Both the position numbers and the translations under genes were made by a program. The notes below the pieces were generated by a model. It had not been told where the DNA came from, made no database searches, and saw only the letters and a list, made by a program, of their open reading frames with translations. Shown here piece after piece: positions 1-13,660 of a stretch of 64,000 bases of DNA (position 1 is its first letter; each line of letters opens with the position of its first letter). This DNA is from Felis catus (taxonomy: Eukaryota), in NCBI RefSeq assembly GCF_018350175.1, contig NC_058369.1:18044001-18108000 (forward strand). Direction: 5' to 3'.

Positions 1-349
1 GAGCTGTCAGCACAGAGACTGAGGGGAAGGCTGGAACCCAGGCACCCCTAAAGATGGCTACTATTTAAAAAAAAAAAAAGCAAACAAACAAACAAACAAA
101 CAAACAAAACAAGAGCAGGGGTGCCTGGGTGGCTCAGTTGGCTAAGAGTCTGACATCCGCTCAGGTCATGATCTCGTGGTTTGGGAGTTTGAGGCCAGTG
201 TCCCAGGCTCTGTGCTCACAACTCAGAGCTTGGAGCCTGGAGCCTGCTTCGGATTCTGTTCTCCCTCTCCCTCTGCCCCTTTCCTGCTCATGCTCTGTCT
301 CTCTCAAAAATAAATAAACATTAAAAAACAAAACAAAACAAAACAAGAA

Positions 350-1146
350 CAGATAATAAGGGCGGCAAGAATGTGAAGAAATTGGAATCCTTTTGCATTC
401 TTGGCCACAATGTGAAATGGTGCAGCTGCTGTGTAAAACAGTATGGCTGCTCCTCAAAGATTAAAAACGAATTACCATACGATCCAGCAATTCTACTTCT
501 GGGTATGTATCCAAAAGAACTGAAAGCAGGGTCTCAAAGAGATATTATAGTACACCCACATACATAGCCAAAAGGTGGAAGCAACCCAAGTATCCATCAA
601 TGGATGAAAAGATAAACAAAATGTGGTATACATACAATGGGATATTATTCAGCCTTTAAAAGGAAGGAAATTCTGAAACTTGCTATAAGATTCTACGAAT
701 GAATCTTGAAGACATTATGCTAAATAAAGTCAGTTATAAAAAAGACAAATCTTGTTATGATTCCACTTATATGAGGTACCTAGAATAGTCAAATTCATAG
801 AAATAGCGAGAATAGCAGTTGCTAAGGGGGAGGGGAGAGGGAGGAGTTATTATTTAATGGGTACAGAGTTTCAGTTTTGCAATACCCAAAGATGTCTAGA
901 GATAGATGGTGGTGATTGTTATGAATGTACTTAATGGCAGTGAATTACTTTAAAAAGGTAAATTTGGGGGCACCTGGGTGGGTCAGTCATTTGAGGGACT
1001 GACTCTGGATTTTGGCTTGGGTTATGGTACCAGGGTTGTGGTACCAGGGTTGCGCCCTGTGCTGGGCTCTGTGCTGAGTGTGGAACCTGCTTAAGATTCT
1101 CTCTTTTTCTGTCCCTCTCCCCTGCTTGCACTTGCCCTTCTCTCTC

Positions 1147-1177
<31 letters not shown>

Positions 1178-1220
1178 GGTAAATTTAGGTTCTGTGTATC
1201 TGTCTACAATTTTTAAAAAT
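350..1220 (+). mobile_element. L1 (L1MA/MB-like) ORF2 end and 3' UTR fragment, interrupted by a SINE at ~966-1177
   Basis: ELPYDPAILLLGMYPKELK-type ORF2 C-terminus and a typical 3' UTR. Confidence 0.85.
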
Positions 1221-1849
1221 GTAAATACGTGTAAAGCAAAAAATGACATTATAATGTATATGTGTGTGTACACGTGTGCATGTGTATATAAAGAGGAAGT
1301 AAGAGAGAAAGCAAAGCATGGCAAAACATTAACAAGCAGTCAATCTAGGAGTTCACTTGCTCTTTCAATTTTTCAGTAGGGTTGCAATTTTTTCTAATAA
1401 ATATTTAAAAATTAATCTCAATGTAGCCCCTCAAATCAAACATGATAGACTTTCATTTTTTATCATTTAATTTTTATTCTGTTGTCAAATCATGTGTCTG
1501 TATAACCAATTCAAAGTAAATTAAATGCATGCATAGTCTTTTTTTCTTTTGAATTTTTAAATTTCTATCATCTCTATTAAAGTATATGTATATTTATGTT
1601 AAATTTATATAAAACTTATGTTTACAGTTTATCTGTACATGTACTTATTTTATTTTGTCTAATGTTTATTTATTTTGAGAGAGCATGAAAATGAGTGGGG
1701 GAGGGACAGAGAGAGAGAGGGAGAGAGAATCCCAACCAGGTTCTGTGCTGTGTGGAGCCTGATGTGGGGCTTGATCTCATAAACCATGAGATCATGACCT
1801 AAACCGAAACCAAGAGTCAGATGCTTAACTAAGCCACCCAGGCACCCCT

Positions 1850-4472
1850 TATTTAATTTTTTTTATTTGAATATTGTTGACCTGTTACATTAGTTTCAGG
1901 TATACAACATAGTAATTCAACTTCTCTATACATTATGCTATGCTCATAAGTGTAGCCTACCATCTGTCACCATTCAATGCTATTAGAATATCATTGAGTA
2001 TATTCCCTATGCTGTGCTTTTTATTACCATGACTTATTCATTCCATAAGTGGAAGCCTGTATCTCCCCCTCCGCTTCACCACCTTGTCCATCTCCTCATC
2101 CCACTTCTGGCAACTGTCTCTGGATTTATAGGTCTAATTCTGCTTTTTGTTTATTCATTTGTTTTTTAGATTCCACATATGAATGAAATCATATGATACT
2201 GTCTTTCTCAGTCTGACTTTTTTCACTTAGATAATACCCTAGGTCCATCCATGTAGTCACAAATGGCAAGATCTCATCTTTTATGGCCCCAAATAGCCAA
2301 AGCAATCTTGAGGAAGAAAAACAAAGCTGGAGGTATCACAATACCAGATCTCAAGATATACTACAAGGCTGTAGCAATCAAAACAGTATGGTATTGGCAC
2401 AAAAAGAGATACATAGATCAACTGAACAGAAGAGAGCCCAGAAATAAACCCTCGCTTAAATGGCCAATTCATCTATGACAAAGAAGGCAATAATACATAA
2501 TGGGGAAAAGACAGCTTCTCTTTAATAAATGGTGCTGGGAAAACTGGACAGCTACATGCAAAAGAGTGAAGCTGAACTACTTTCTAACACCATACACAAA
2601 AATAAAGCCAAAATAGATTAAAGATCTAAATGTGAGATGTGAAACCGTAAAAAATCTTCGAAGAGAACAAAGGCAGTAATTTCTGACATCAGCCATGGCA
2701 ACATTTTTCTAGATATATCTCTTGAGACAAGGGAAAAAAAGCAAAAATATATTATTGAGACTGCATCAAAATAAAATCTCCTACACAGCAAAGGAAACCA
2801 TCAACAAAACAAAACAGCAACCTACTGAATAGGAGAAGATATCTGCAAATGATATATCTAATGTATCAAAACATAGGGGAGCCTGGGTGGCTCAGTCGGT
2901 TAAGCGTCCGACTTCGGCTCAGGCCATGATCTCACGGTTTGTGAGTTTGAGCCCCGCACTGGGCTCTGTGTTGACAGCTCAAAGCCTGGAGCCTGCTTCA
3001 AATTCTGTGTCTCCTCCTCTCTGCCCCTCCCATGCTCATGCTCTGTCTCTGTCTCTCAATAATAAATAAATGTTACAAAAATTTTTTTTTAATTTAAAAA
3101 AATTTTTTTAAATGTTTTATTTATTTTTGAGACAGAGAGAGACAGAGTGTGAACGGGGGAGGGGCAGAGAGAGAGGGAGACACAGAATCCAAAACAGGCT
3201 CCAGGCTCTGAGCTGTCAGCACAGAGCCCGACACGGGGCTCAAACTCACGGACCGTGAGATCATGACCTGAGCCGAAGTCGGACGCTTAACTGACTGAGC
3301 CACCCAGGCGCCCCCCAAAAAAATTTTTTTAAATATTCAAAATATAAAGAACTTACACAATTCAACACCAAAAAAACCCAACCCAACCCAACCCAACCCA
3401 ACCCAAAACAAAACAAAAAAACCAAAAACCCAAATTAAGACAGGACACCTGGCTGGCTCAGTCGGTGAAGAGTGTGACTCTTGATCTCGGGGTTGTGGGT
3501 TTGAGCCCCATGGGAGGTGTAGAGATTACTTAAAAATACAATCTTTCAAAAAAAAAAATGGGAGACAATTACTGTATGATTTCACTCATATGTGGAATTT
3601 AGGAAATAAGAAAAATGAACAAAGGAAAAAACAGACCAAAAAACACTCATATACAGAGAACAAACTGGTGGTGGCCAGAGGGGAAGTAGGAAGGGGGATG
3701 AGTAAAATAGGTGAAGTGGATTAAGAGTACACTGACTGTGGGGTGCCTGGGGGCTCAGTCGGTTAAGTGTCCGACTTCGACTCAGGTCATAATCTCATGG
3801 TTCATGAATTTGAGCCCCACATTGGGCTCTGTGCTGACAGCTCAGAGCCTGGAGCCTGCTTTGGACTCTGTGTCTTCCTTTCTCTCTGCCCGTCTCCAGC
3901 TCATGCTGTGTGTGTGCCTCCCTCAAAAATAACATTAAAAAAAAAAGTACAGGGGCGCCTGGGTGGCTCAGTCGGTTAAGCGTCCGACTTCAGCCAGGTC
4001 ACGATCTCGCGGTCTGTGAGTTCGAGCCCTGCGTCAGGCTCTGGGCTGATGGCTCAGAGCCTGGAGCCTGTTTCCGATTCTGTGTCTCCCTCTCTCTCTG
4101 CCCTTCCCCCGTTCATGCTCTGTCTCTCTCTGTCCCAAAAATAAAATAAACGTGGAAAAAAAAATTTAAAAAAAAAAGAAAGAAAAAAAAAGTACACTTA
4201 TTGTGATGAACACTGAGTAATTTATAGAATGGTTGTATCATTATAATGTAAACTTGAAACTAATGTAATACTATGTTAATTATATTTGAATAAAAACTAA
4301 AATTAAAATAAAAAATTTTAAATGAGCAGAGGACTTGAATAGATGTTTTTCCAAAGACATACAGATAGCCAAGACACATGAAAAGATGCTCAACAACACT
4401 GTCAGGGAAATGCAAATAAAAGCCACAATGAAATATCACCTTATACTTGTCAGAACGGCTAAAATCAAAAGG
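1850..4472. mobile_element. Carnivore L1 with 5' inversion (minus 3' end ~1850-2287; plus ORF2 segment 2288-4472), with nested SINEs and a nested L1 3' end
   Basis: ORF2 peptide [37 protein letters not shown] on + directly abuts a minus-strand L1 3' UTR. Confidence 0.75.
3952..4190 (+). mobile_element. Young feline Can-SINE nested in the tail of an older SINE (3740-3950)
   Basis: Diagnostic cttcagccaggtcacgatctcgcggt; TSD aaaaaaaagtaca. Confidence 0.9.
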
Positions 4473-7400
4473 GCATGCATAGTTTTTTAAAGTAAATTAA
4501 ATAATGTGCTGAAATTCATTGTTTCATAATATATGGAACTAAAATTTTAATTTTTTTTGAATGTTTATTTATTTTTGGGAGAGAGAGCGAGAGAGAGAAC
4601 AAGCGGGGAACAGGCAGAAAGAGAAGAGGACAGAGGACCTGAAGCAGGCTTTGCACTGACAGCAGAGAGCCCAATGTGGGGCTCAAACTCACAAACCGTG
4701 AGATCGTGACCTGAGCCAAAGTTGGACGTTTAACTGACTGAGCCATCCAGGCACCCCTAAAAGTTTTAAATGCAGACTTAAAATCACTATTTTCATAAAT
4801 CATGCAAAAAAGACAAAACGATTTTTTAAATTTTTGAAGCATTCTGTTGCTACAAAAGAGTACAAAAGTGTAAAAAAGGAAAAGTTGACTTGTAGTGGAA
4901 AATGTAATTAAAAACAAGAGTCTTAAGGCATTTAGCTTGAATGAATGAGTGGATGAACATGCTGCCTGATAAACCGATGTACAATTTATTTTTAAATTAG
5001 TACATGTCTTCCAAGGTTTTATAGGACCAGAAGAAACAGCTGCTGTTGGAGCAAGATACACTGCCAAGGCATCCAGAGAATGTTAATAACTATAGCAGTC
5101 AAAGAGACCACCTTGTTCTAATTTCACCACTACTTAGCTCAAAACAGCCCATCAGACTTTATGTGGATCAGATGAATATTCAACTAGCATAGCAGGTATA
5201 AGAAAATCCTCCAACGGAAAACACTGCCTAAAATGTTCTTCAATTTTCATTAAAAACACATACTGATAGGGGATAAAAAAGACTTAAAATGTAGATTACC
5301 TGGTCTGAAAACATGGCCTCAAAAACACTAAAAATGCTATCTTGGTGGAAGTTAAAGTTCATCATTCCTGATGAAAGGAACTACTAAATGTTGACATGCC
5401 TTGAAAATTAAAACATGGTTCTCCTGGAACAGGTAGACTATTATATGTGAAGAATAACATTAAGAACATGCTAGAGAAATTGAAAACATTTCCAAAAGTC
5501 TCTCCTGTTTTAAATTCAAACATGTGGAGCTTCCTGGGTGGCTCAGTCAGTTAAGCCACCTACTTCAGCTCAGGTCATGATATAATGGTTTGTGGGTTCT
5601 AGCCCTGCATCAGGTTCTGTGCTGACAGCTCAGAGCCTGGAGCCTGCTTCAAATTCTGTGTCTCCCTCTCTCTCTGCCCCTCCCCTGCTTGCGTGCTTGC
5701 TCTCTCTCTCTCTCTCTCTCAAAAAAAGAAAAGACATTAAAATAATTTAAAAAAATAAATTCAAACATGTGATTCAACAAGATAAAAGACTTCACTATGA
5801 ATGTAGCAGGAAAGAGCATAAACACCTGGAGAACATAATCAGCACAACTAAGGCAGGGCAAAGCTCAGAAGGACACAACATTCTACGACTGTTGGAAAGG
5901 CAAACAGCAGGTACACTGAACTTAAAAGCTGGGCTGGCAGGATGTTAGCAGCACCAACTGTGTACAGAGGTAGGCGATGAGAGTAGCATATTAATGAGGG
6001 CCTTGTGTTTGGGGGACCAGTATAACAGCACAGCAGAGTAAAACTCAAAAGTGGCATGCAAAGCAGCTGTGAGAGCAGGCCAATAAGAGTGGTGAATCAC
6101 AAAAAGGGGAGTGCCAGGAAGGACTGCCACCAACGGGTGGCAGTTGTGCCAGGCCCTCATAGGCCAGGGGATCAAAGTGCACCTCTGAGCAGATGAAAGG
6201 GCCTGAGGAAAGCTCCAAAGGCAAGAAAGTTTTCAGCGGAGTGTGACTGTCCCAGGGTGACTAGAAACACAGATGAGGGAGAAGCAGGGTATCAGGAGAG
6301 TAAGGCAAGGAAAGTGCTGGGCAATCTGCTTAGGGTTCTGAGACCCAATCAGTCAATAAACTAGACAGCTCATTGTTGGCTCACACTAAAAAACATAATA
6401 GTAACAATATATATTTTTTAAAGGTAAAGAAGGAGGGGCGCCTGGCTGGCTCAGAAGGAGCACGTGACTCTTAATCCTCGGGTTGTGAATTTGAGCCCCA
6501 CGTTGGGTACAGAAATGATTTACTTACATACATACATGGAAGAAGGAAAAGAGAAGACAGAAAAAAATCCACCATGATTTCACACTCACAAATTCTGCTT
6601 TCTCTGTGGATCAGGGAAGGGGAAGAATGCTGTTATTCTTCCTTCACTTTTTCTCTATTTCTCCATTCAATATGGATATCATTCGATCCATAAATAAGGG
6701 TGCTGTCAAAGATCCCCCAATCATAAAATGTCAGAGTGGTACAGTATCTATGAAGTCCTCTGGTCTGGCCGTGACAAACAGGATTCATCTCACACTGAAC
6801 TGATAGCGACTCTAACTGATGTTACTGCTCCACCTGAATCATCACTGACTCTTTCCCTTCTTTCATTACTCACATCTACCGCATTAACAACTCCATCTGT
6901 TTTCCCTCTCAGTTTATTTCTTATATCAATCTACTTTGCTGCAGCTCCACTGTTACCCTAGCCTGAAGTACACCATTTCTTGCCTGGATGACCTGCAACA
7001 GGCCTCCGAACTTACCTTCCCACTGCCAATCCTGCTCCACTTCAATCTATTCCCCACACAGTTATCAGAGTGATCTTAGAATTTTGGAAGGCGATTTGGC
7101 AGTTTCTGTCAAAATTTTAAATGCGAACTGCCTTTGAGTTAACAACAATTCCACTTCTAGGTATTAGTATTGTATGTAGCAGCCAGGAGGAAAAAAAGAA
7201 AGAAAGAAAGAAATGGTCTAAAAAAAGAAATGAAGGAAATGAAATGTTGGTATAGCAAGAGTATGCACCTCTGTGTAGCCATTAAAATGGATGCAAGAGA
7301 CCTATATGAGCTGACAGGGAGACCTTCGAGAGACACCGTTACGTGGAAAAAAGCTGCACAAGCACAGCATAGGATTCTAATTTTCTAACAATTTTGTCTT

Positions 7401-8959
7401 CAAACTATTACATACCACAAATCTAAAAGACAAATAGTACTATAAGCTATAACTAAGAAAACAACATCAGCAAACACAGCCATCCTCCAATCCATCTCTC
7501 CCTACTCCTAATTCCTGCTCCTCAGAGGCAACCACATCAACTTTTTGGGTATTTCTCCTGAGATTTACTTTAAATTTCCAAATAACAATTGCCTTGCTCA
7601 TCCAATTTCAGTTTTAATTATCTTTTTACTTTTAACTCTGGAAGAGTAGGAATAGGCTCGCAGAGTAGCAAGATAGGATGATCTGGATTCCTGGCAACTT
7701 CTTAAAGCTTCCTGTCCTACTGGCCCTGGGCTGCTACACCTCAGGCTTTCTTTAAGTGCTATTAGTTCAGATTTTCTGCCACTTACAAACCTAATCCTCC
7801 TAATAAATACAGAAACAAAAGCAAATTCGGCCCATCAAGATGACAAAGAATGCCTGAAATCGTGGAGATGGAGTAACAGTTTCTAACATATATGAGCCAG
7901 GCTCTGGCCTAAATGCTTTCTAGGTATGAAGTCACTTAATTCTCACACAAATCTTACAAGGTCATGCTTAAAAGATAAAGAATCAAAGACCAGAATGGCT
8001 AAATAACTCACTCTACTAACAAAGGTGGAACCAGGCTTGGTGGCAGACAGTCTTAGCTTCACAGCCCATGCTCTCAGCCTGCCACACAAGTAACTGTAGA
8101 AGGTTAACATCAAGAATCACCCAGAGGATGCTAGCAGGATAACTGGCTAACACTCACATCCATGCAACTTTGTGAAAGTACCTTCTTTCTTGAAATGCCT
8201 AAAATGTCTTTTCAAATGAAGTTAAAAGCCACCATTAGAAATGTGTATCTAGGGATGCCTGGATGGCTCAGTCAGTTAAGTGTCCGACTTTGGCTCAGGT
8301 CATGCTCTTACGGTTCAGGAGTTTTAGCCCTGCATCGGGCTCTGTGCAGACAGCTCAGAGTCTGGAGTCTGCTTCAGATTCTGTGTGTCTCTCTCTCACT
8401 GCCACTCCTCAACTCATGCTCTCTTTCTCTCCCCCCTCTCAAAAATAAATAAACATTAATTTTTTTTAATTAAAAAACAGAAATGTGTATCTTGAGTCCT
8501 AGAGCGCCTGGGTGGCTCAGTCAGTTAAGTGTCTTGACTCTTGATTTTGGCTCAGGCTGTGATCTCACAGTTCATGGGATGGAGACCTGCACTGGGCTCT
8601 GCACAGACAGTGTGGAGCCTGCTTGGAATTCTTTCTCTCCCTCTCTCTCTGCTCCTCCCTCCCTATCTCTCTCTCTCTCTCAAAATAAATAAATCAATTT
8701 TAAAAAATGTGTATCTAGAGTCCTAATTGAATACTTTTTTTACCTAATTGAATAATTTCTGAGAATACCTCAGTTTATCAAAAAATAATACTTTCAAACT
8801 CATCGAAATTTATTGACAAACCAGGTCGAAAAAATTGAGTACTTTTCTAAGATCAGCATGAACAGTTCTTTTTAAAACTGTTCTCTTTGTCAGGGTGCCT
8901 GGGTGGCTCAGTCTGTTAAGCATCTGACTTCGGCTCAGGTCGTGATCTCATGGTTCGTG

Positions 8960-9235
8960 TGTACATGTTTATGTGGATATATGTTTTCACTTCTCTTGGG
9001 TATATACATAGGAGTAGAATTGCTGGGTCATATGGTAACTCTATGTTTAACCTTTTGAGAACCTGCTAGACTATTTCCAAAGCTGCTGCACCATTCGACA
9101 TTCCCACTAGCAGTGCATGAGGGTTCCAATTTTTCCACATCCTAGCCAACACTTGTTATTACGTATGTTTTATTATAGTAACAAGTGGGTATAAAGTATC
9201 TCATCATGGCTCTGATATGATTCTTAATGGCTGAT
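8960..9235 (-). mobile_element. L1 ORF2-end fragment fused to a 5' SINE fragment (8893-8958)
   Basis: gaattgctgggtcatatggtaactctatgtttaacctttt is the reverse of the L1 ELPYDPAI region. Confidence 0.8.
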
Positions 9236-12200
9236 GTAAACTCTTTTACTACTGCTAAAAATCCTTATTTTTGAAGAGCTAACAGGATTGCATTCACTAA
9301 CAACTTTAGAAAATAATCTCTGCTCCTCTGTGACCTGATGTCACAATCAATTCTCAGGTCCATGATCAGTAAAAGCCAATCTGGACTTCACAATCATTGT
9401 TCTCTTGCTGGTCTTAGATCTCTGTTTTTCAAAAGATTATCTGTCAACAAGCAGAAAGTGGCTTTAATCATAGAGAATAACTTAAAATTTATGTTTATGA
9501 GTGAAGACATCTGCATAGGCATATTCATCATCACAAAGGCTTGTCCTGGACATATTCGTTTGCCTTGAAAAATGTTATTACATATCCAGCAGGATGAGAA
9601 GATGTGACAAAACCCACCACCTAACAAGTAAACATAATTCGCCATGATAAAAATCAGTAGTTGTTCAATTGTCAATTGGTTCATAGTTTATGTCCTGCTA
9701 CCGTTTCTTTCCATTCCTCCATGGCTAGAATTACTATGCACGCTAGTTAAAACTCCAGAGCAAAACGGCAAAGACAACTTTTAAAACACACCTGAGAAAC
9801 CTGAAGCCCAACGGAATCAGATCTGATTCTATATCACCAGTCTCAGTAGAATGGTGATCTCTTCCTCCCCCTCCTCATACACGTCTCAAATCCATTTGTA
9901 TATTCCTGCTTTGTTCCTGAGCTCCAGACCTATTTCTCATTGACTCTGGAGGTTTGCACTTGAATAACCAAGGCCAAATCTGTACTAGGTCTCCTGGTCA
10001 CCATCACCATTGAAGCCTATCTGTACCTCCTCCCTCTGCCTCACCACATCACCCTTCCTCCACCCCACACACATTCAATCTTGGGCTTCAAGATTTAGTC
10101 TGCTCCTGAAATTTGTGTCCACTCTTTATGCTTCCTCTAGCCTCAACTTTAAAAAAATACCCCAGGGGTGCCTGGGCGGCTCAGTCAGTTAAGCCTTTGA
10201 CTTAGGCCATGATCTCACCATTCATGAATTCCAGCCCTTCATTGGGCTCTATGCTAACAGCTCAGAGCCTGGAGCTTGCTTTGGATTCTTTGTCCCCCTC
10301 TCTTTCTGACCTCCCCTGCTTGCACTGTCTCTTAAAAATAAACATTAAAAAAAAAAAAATACCCCCAGAGAATACGCCAGAGAACTTCCATACAGCTCCA
10401 ATCTTCCAAATATAGACTACTAACCACATCATTCCCTCAATAAATAAAATCTCTGATAACTTGCCTCTTTGAAAATCATCCAAAATATTTCTTTCAAGGA
10501 CTTTTCACAATCTCCTGTTTCACTTCCCTGATCTTAATGCCTGCCACTTTCTGCCTCACCAAGCTACAGGTTTTGTATTCTGAGGTTTCTGTGGCTTTGT
10601 TTCTCCTTTAACTTGGCCTATAAAATATTACTGTCTTCTCTGCCTGGCAAACAATGCTTGCTTTGTTGGTCTTTGTCCCCAGGTAGAATGGGAGCTTCTC
10701 AAAAGCAGAGGCCATGTCTACCTCATCTTGGAATCTTCAGCACTTAGCACAGTGGCCTGACATACAATAGACACACAGCTGTTTGAGCTGGAGCAGACAC
10801 TATGTAGCTGATGTCCTAGACCAATATTTCTCAAACATATTTTGGATAGTAAAAAACACATCTAATATATGGTAACAGATAGGATAATGGTGGTTACCTG
10901 GAACTGGGAGAGCAGGGAAGGTGGGAAAGGGAGTTGTTTAATGGGTACAGAGTTTGAGATTTGTAACATGAAAAAGTTCTGGAGATCTGTTTCAAAACAA
11001 TGTGAATATACTTAACACTACTGAACTGTATGCTTAAAAGTATTTAAAATAATAAATTATACATTCTATGTATTTTTACCACAATTAAAAAACACATTTA
11101 ATGCCATTTAATATGGCAACCCAGTATCATATATACATACAATAATAACTGAAAATAGGTAACCTTAGGGGTGCCCTGGGTGGCTCAGTCGGTTAAGCAT
11201 CTGACTCTTGATTTTTGGCTCAGGTCATGATCTCATGGTCATGAGACTAAGCCCTGTGATTGGCTCCATGCTCAGTGTGGAGCCTACTTAAGATTCTCTC
11301 TCCCTCTCCTTCTGCCCCTTCCCTGCACATGCTCTCTCTCTCAAAAAAAAAAAAAAAAAAAAGTAATTTTATTACATGCAATAAACTCTAATATTTTCTA
11401 TTTGATTTTTTTTTAAAAAACAATGCTGGTGGGGCGCCTGGATGGCTGAATCAGTTAAGCGTCTGACTCTTGATTCTGGCTGAGATCATGATTTCTTTGG
11501 GTCATGAGACTGAAACTGGCATCGGGCTCTGTGCTGACAGCGTTGAGCCTGCTTGGGATTCTCTCTCTCCCTCTTTCTCTCTTCCCCTCCCCTTCTTGCA
11601 CACATGTGGATCTCTCTCTCTCTCTCTCAAAATAAATAAATAAACATTAAAAACAAAAAACAACACAAAACAAAAACCCGGGGCGCCTGGGTGGCTCAGT
11701 TGGTTGAGTGTACAACTTCAGCTCAGGTCATGATCTTGCAGTTCCTGGGTTCAAGCCCCACATCGGGCTCTGAGCCTGGAGCCTGCTTCGGATTCTGTCT
11801 CCTTCACTCTCTACCCCTCCCCACTCACTCTGTCTCTCTCTCTCTCTCAAAAATAAATAAACATTAAAAAAAATTAAAAACAAAAACAAAAACAAAACAC
11901 CCAATGATGGTCACTGCATTCTAAATTGATTTCAAAACTCAGTAATGAATTACAACCCACAGGCTAAATATCACTGCTCTGGAATGCACTGCAACTTTTC
12001 TCACGTCAACAAAGCAGGGATAAATATCTCATTGCCTCTGCTATTATGAGCCTTCCCAAGATATCCTTTCCTTCTGTTTTGTTGGACTAAAGATAGCAAG
12101 AACACTCTAATGTTGGAACATTATGCAGTAGTATTTGAGATAATTAATTCAAGATGTTGCCTATTATGTGCCAGCTACTGTATCAGGAGGTATATAAATA

Positions 12201-12324
12201 AAATTCCTTAATCAATAGAATTTACATTCTAATGGCAGAAACAAACAAGAAATAGACATGTGGCATCAGATTACTATAAACTATAGAAATGGGAAGCAGA
12301 GTCAAAGGAAGCATATCAGAGATT

Positions 12325-12640
12325 ACTCTGGGTTCACCAAATCCTGTCTTCTTTTCCTACTGGACACACAGCTAGACTACGTTTCTTGGCCTCTCTGGCA
12401 GTTAGGGACAATATTGAACTGTTCTGGCCAAGTTAACACTGATGATTGATGTCACCAACTCCAGCTTGACCCCTCAAAATCCTCCCATGGGAACCTCTAC
12501 ATTCTCTTTCTTTCTATTTCAACTAGTTGCAGAGGAGTCAGCAGAAGACTCAATTTCCAGAGAAGCCCCTCCCAACCAGAGTTTCCTGAGAGAATTAAGC
12601 CCTTCATACAATGATTTGAGTGACTAATTCCTCAGTTCTC
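12325..12640 (+). mobile_element. MLT1 (MaLR) LTR fragment
   Basis: cacacagctagactacgtttc...gcagttaggg...gttctggccaa motif typical of MLT1. Confidence 0.55.
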
Positions 12641-12869
12641 CCAAGGATGGCATAGCATTAGTACCATTTCCAGAATCACAGAGAAATTAACTCATGACAT
12701 GCAATAGATGTCTTAGGGCATTAGGGCTTAATTAATTCCCCAGATATTCTAGAGGATTAAGGAGTCTGGGTCTCTGAATGTGTGGGGAGCAGAGACCCAG
12801 CCCTGCCAATGTACAGTAGACTATGACCTGAGCAAGAGAACAAAACAAAACCCTGTATTTAATAAGATA

Positions 12870-13660
12870 AATAATGATAGTAATGGAATATAACTCATAG
12901 AAGAATCCATGAGTCCATACTGATATATATTAATAATACAATAAATAAATACATAAGTAAGAAGGGAAAATTCTCTCTTAGAGTAAAATTCTGACCAGTA
13001 AATGAGAAAGGAGTGATGGAAAATTTTTTTAATTACCATTTGGCAAGCATCATAATAAATAACTGAGGCAAGAATCATCAATGGATACTAAAACTAGTTG
13101 GTAAAAAGTACCAGGAGAAATAGGATCTTTATAGTTTCAAAGCATCTCCCCACAAGATATCAACTAATTAGAAAAAAATGGTAACTTTACGATGGAGTAA
13201 CCTGGCCAGATACATCCTTAGCCAAGTGATTAAAGCTGACGACACCAGTAATAGGACAAAAGAGACACCTTGTGTCTCCTGATGTAATGCACTGAGGACA
13301 CAGCAGTATCTCTGTAGTATTCTTACTAAAAATGTATAACCTGAATTTAATCAAGAAGAAATGACAGATAAACCCAAATCAAAGGATATTCTATAAAATA
13401 TGTGGCCAACACTCTTCAGAAGTCATGAAAGATAAAGACTGTTTAGTTCAAAGGAGATTAAGGAGACATGACAACATTTGATTTTGGATAATAGGATCCT
13501 GAATCAGAAAAAAAGTTTTGTTTTGTTTTGTTTTTTGTTATAGAGAACACTATGGGGACAGCTGATAAAAACTGAATATCTATAGATGAGATATTAGGTA
13601 CTAGCATTATATCAAAGTTATTTCCTAGATTTTGATCATTGTATTGTGATTATGTAAGAG
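12870..13660 (+). mobile_element. Ancient L1 (L1MC/ME-like) 3' UTR fragment
   Basis: Resembles remembered old L1 3' UTR sequence (ccttagccaagtgattaaag; aacctgaatttaatcaagaagaaa). Confidence 0.55.

Noticed and set aside
1025..1052. 14-bp tandem duplication tggtaccagggttg in a SINE
   Set aside because: Trivial slippage in a neutral repeat.
5290..5330. Donor-like GACCAG|GTAATC on the minus strand as a possible PRKAR2A exon end
   Set aside because: The upstream sequence does not translate to any RII-alpha peptide.
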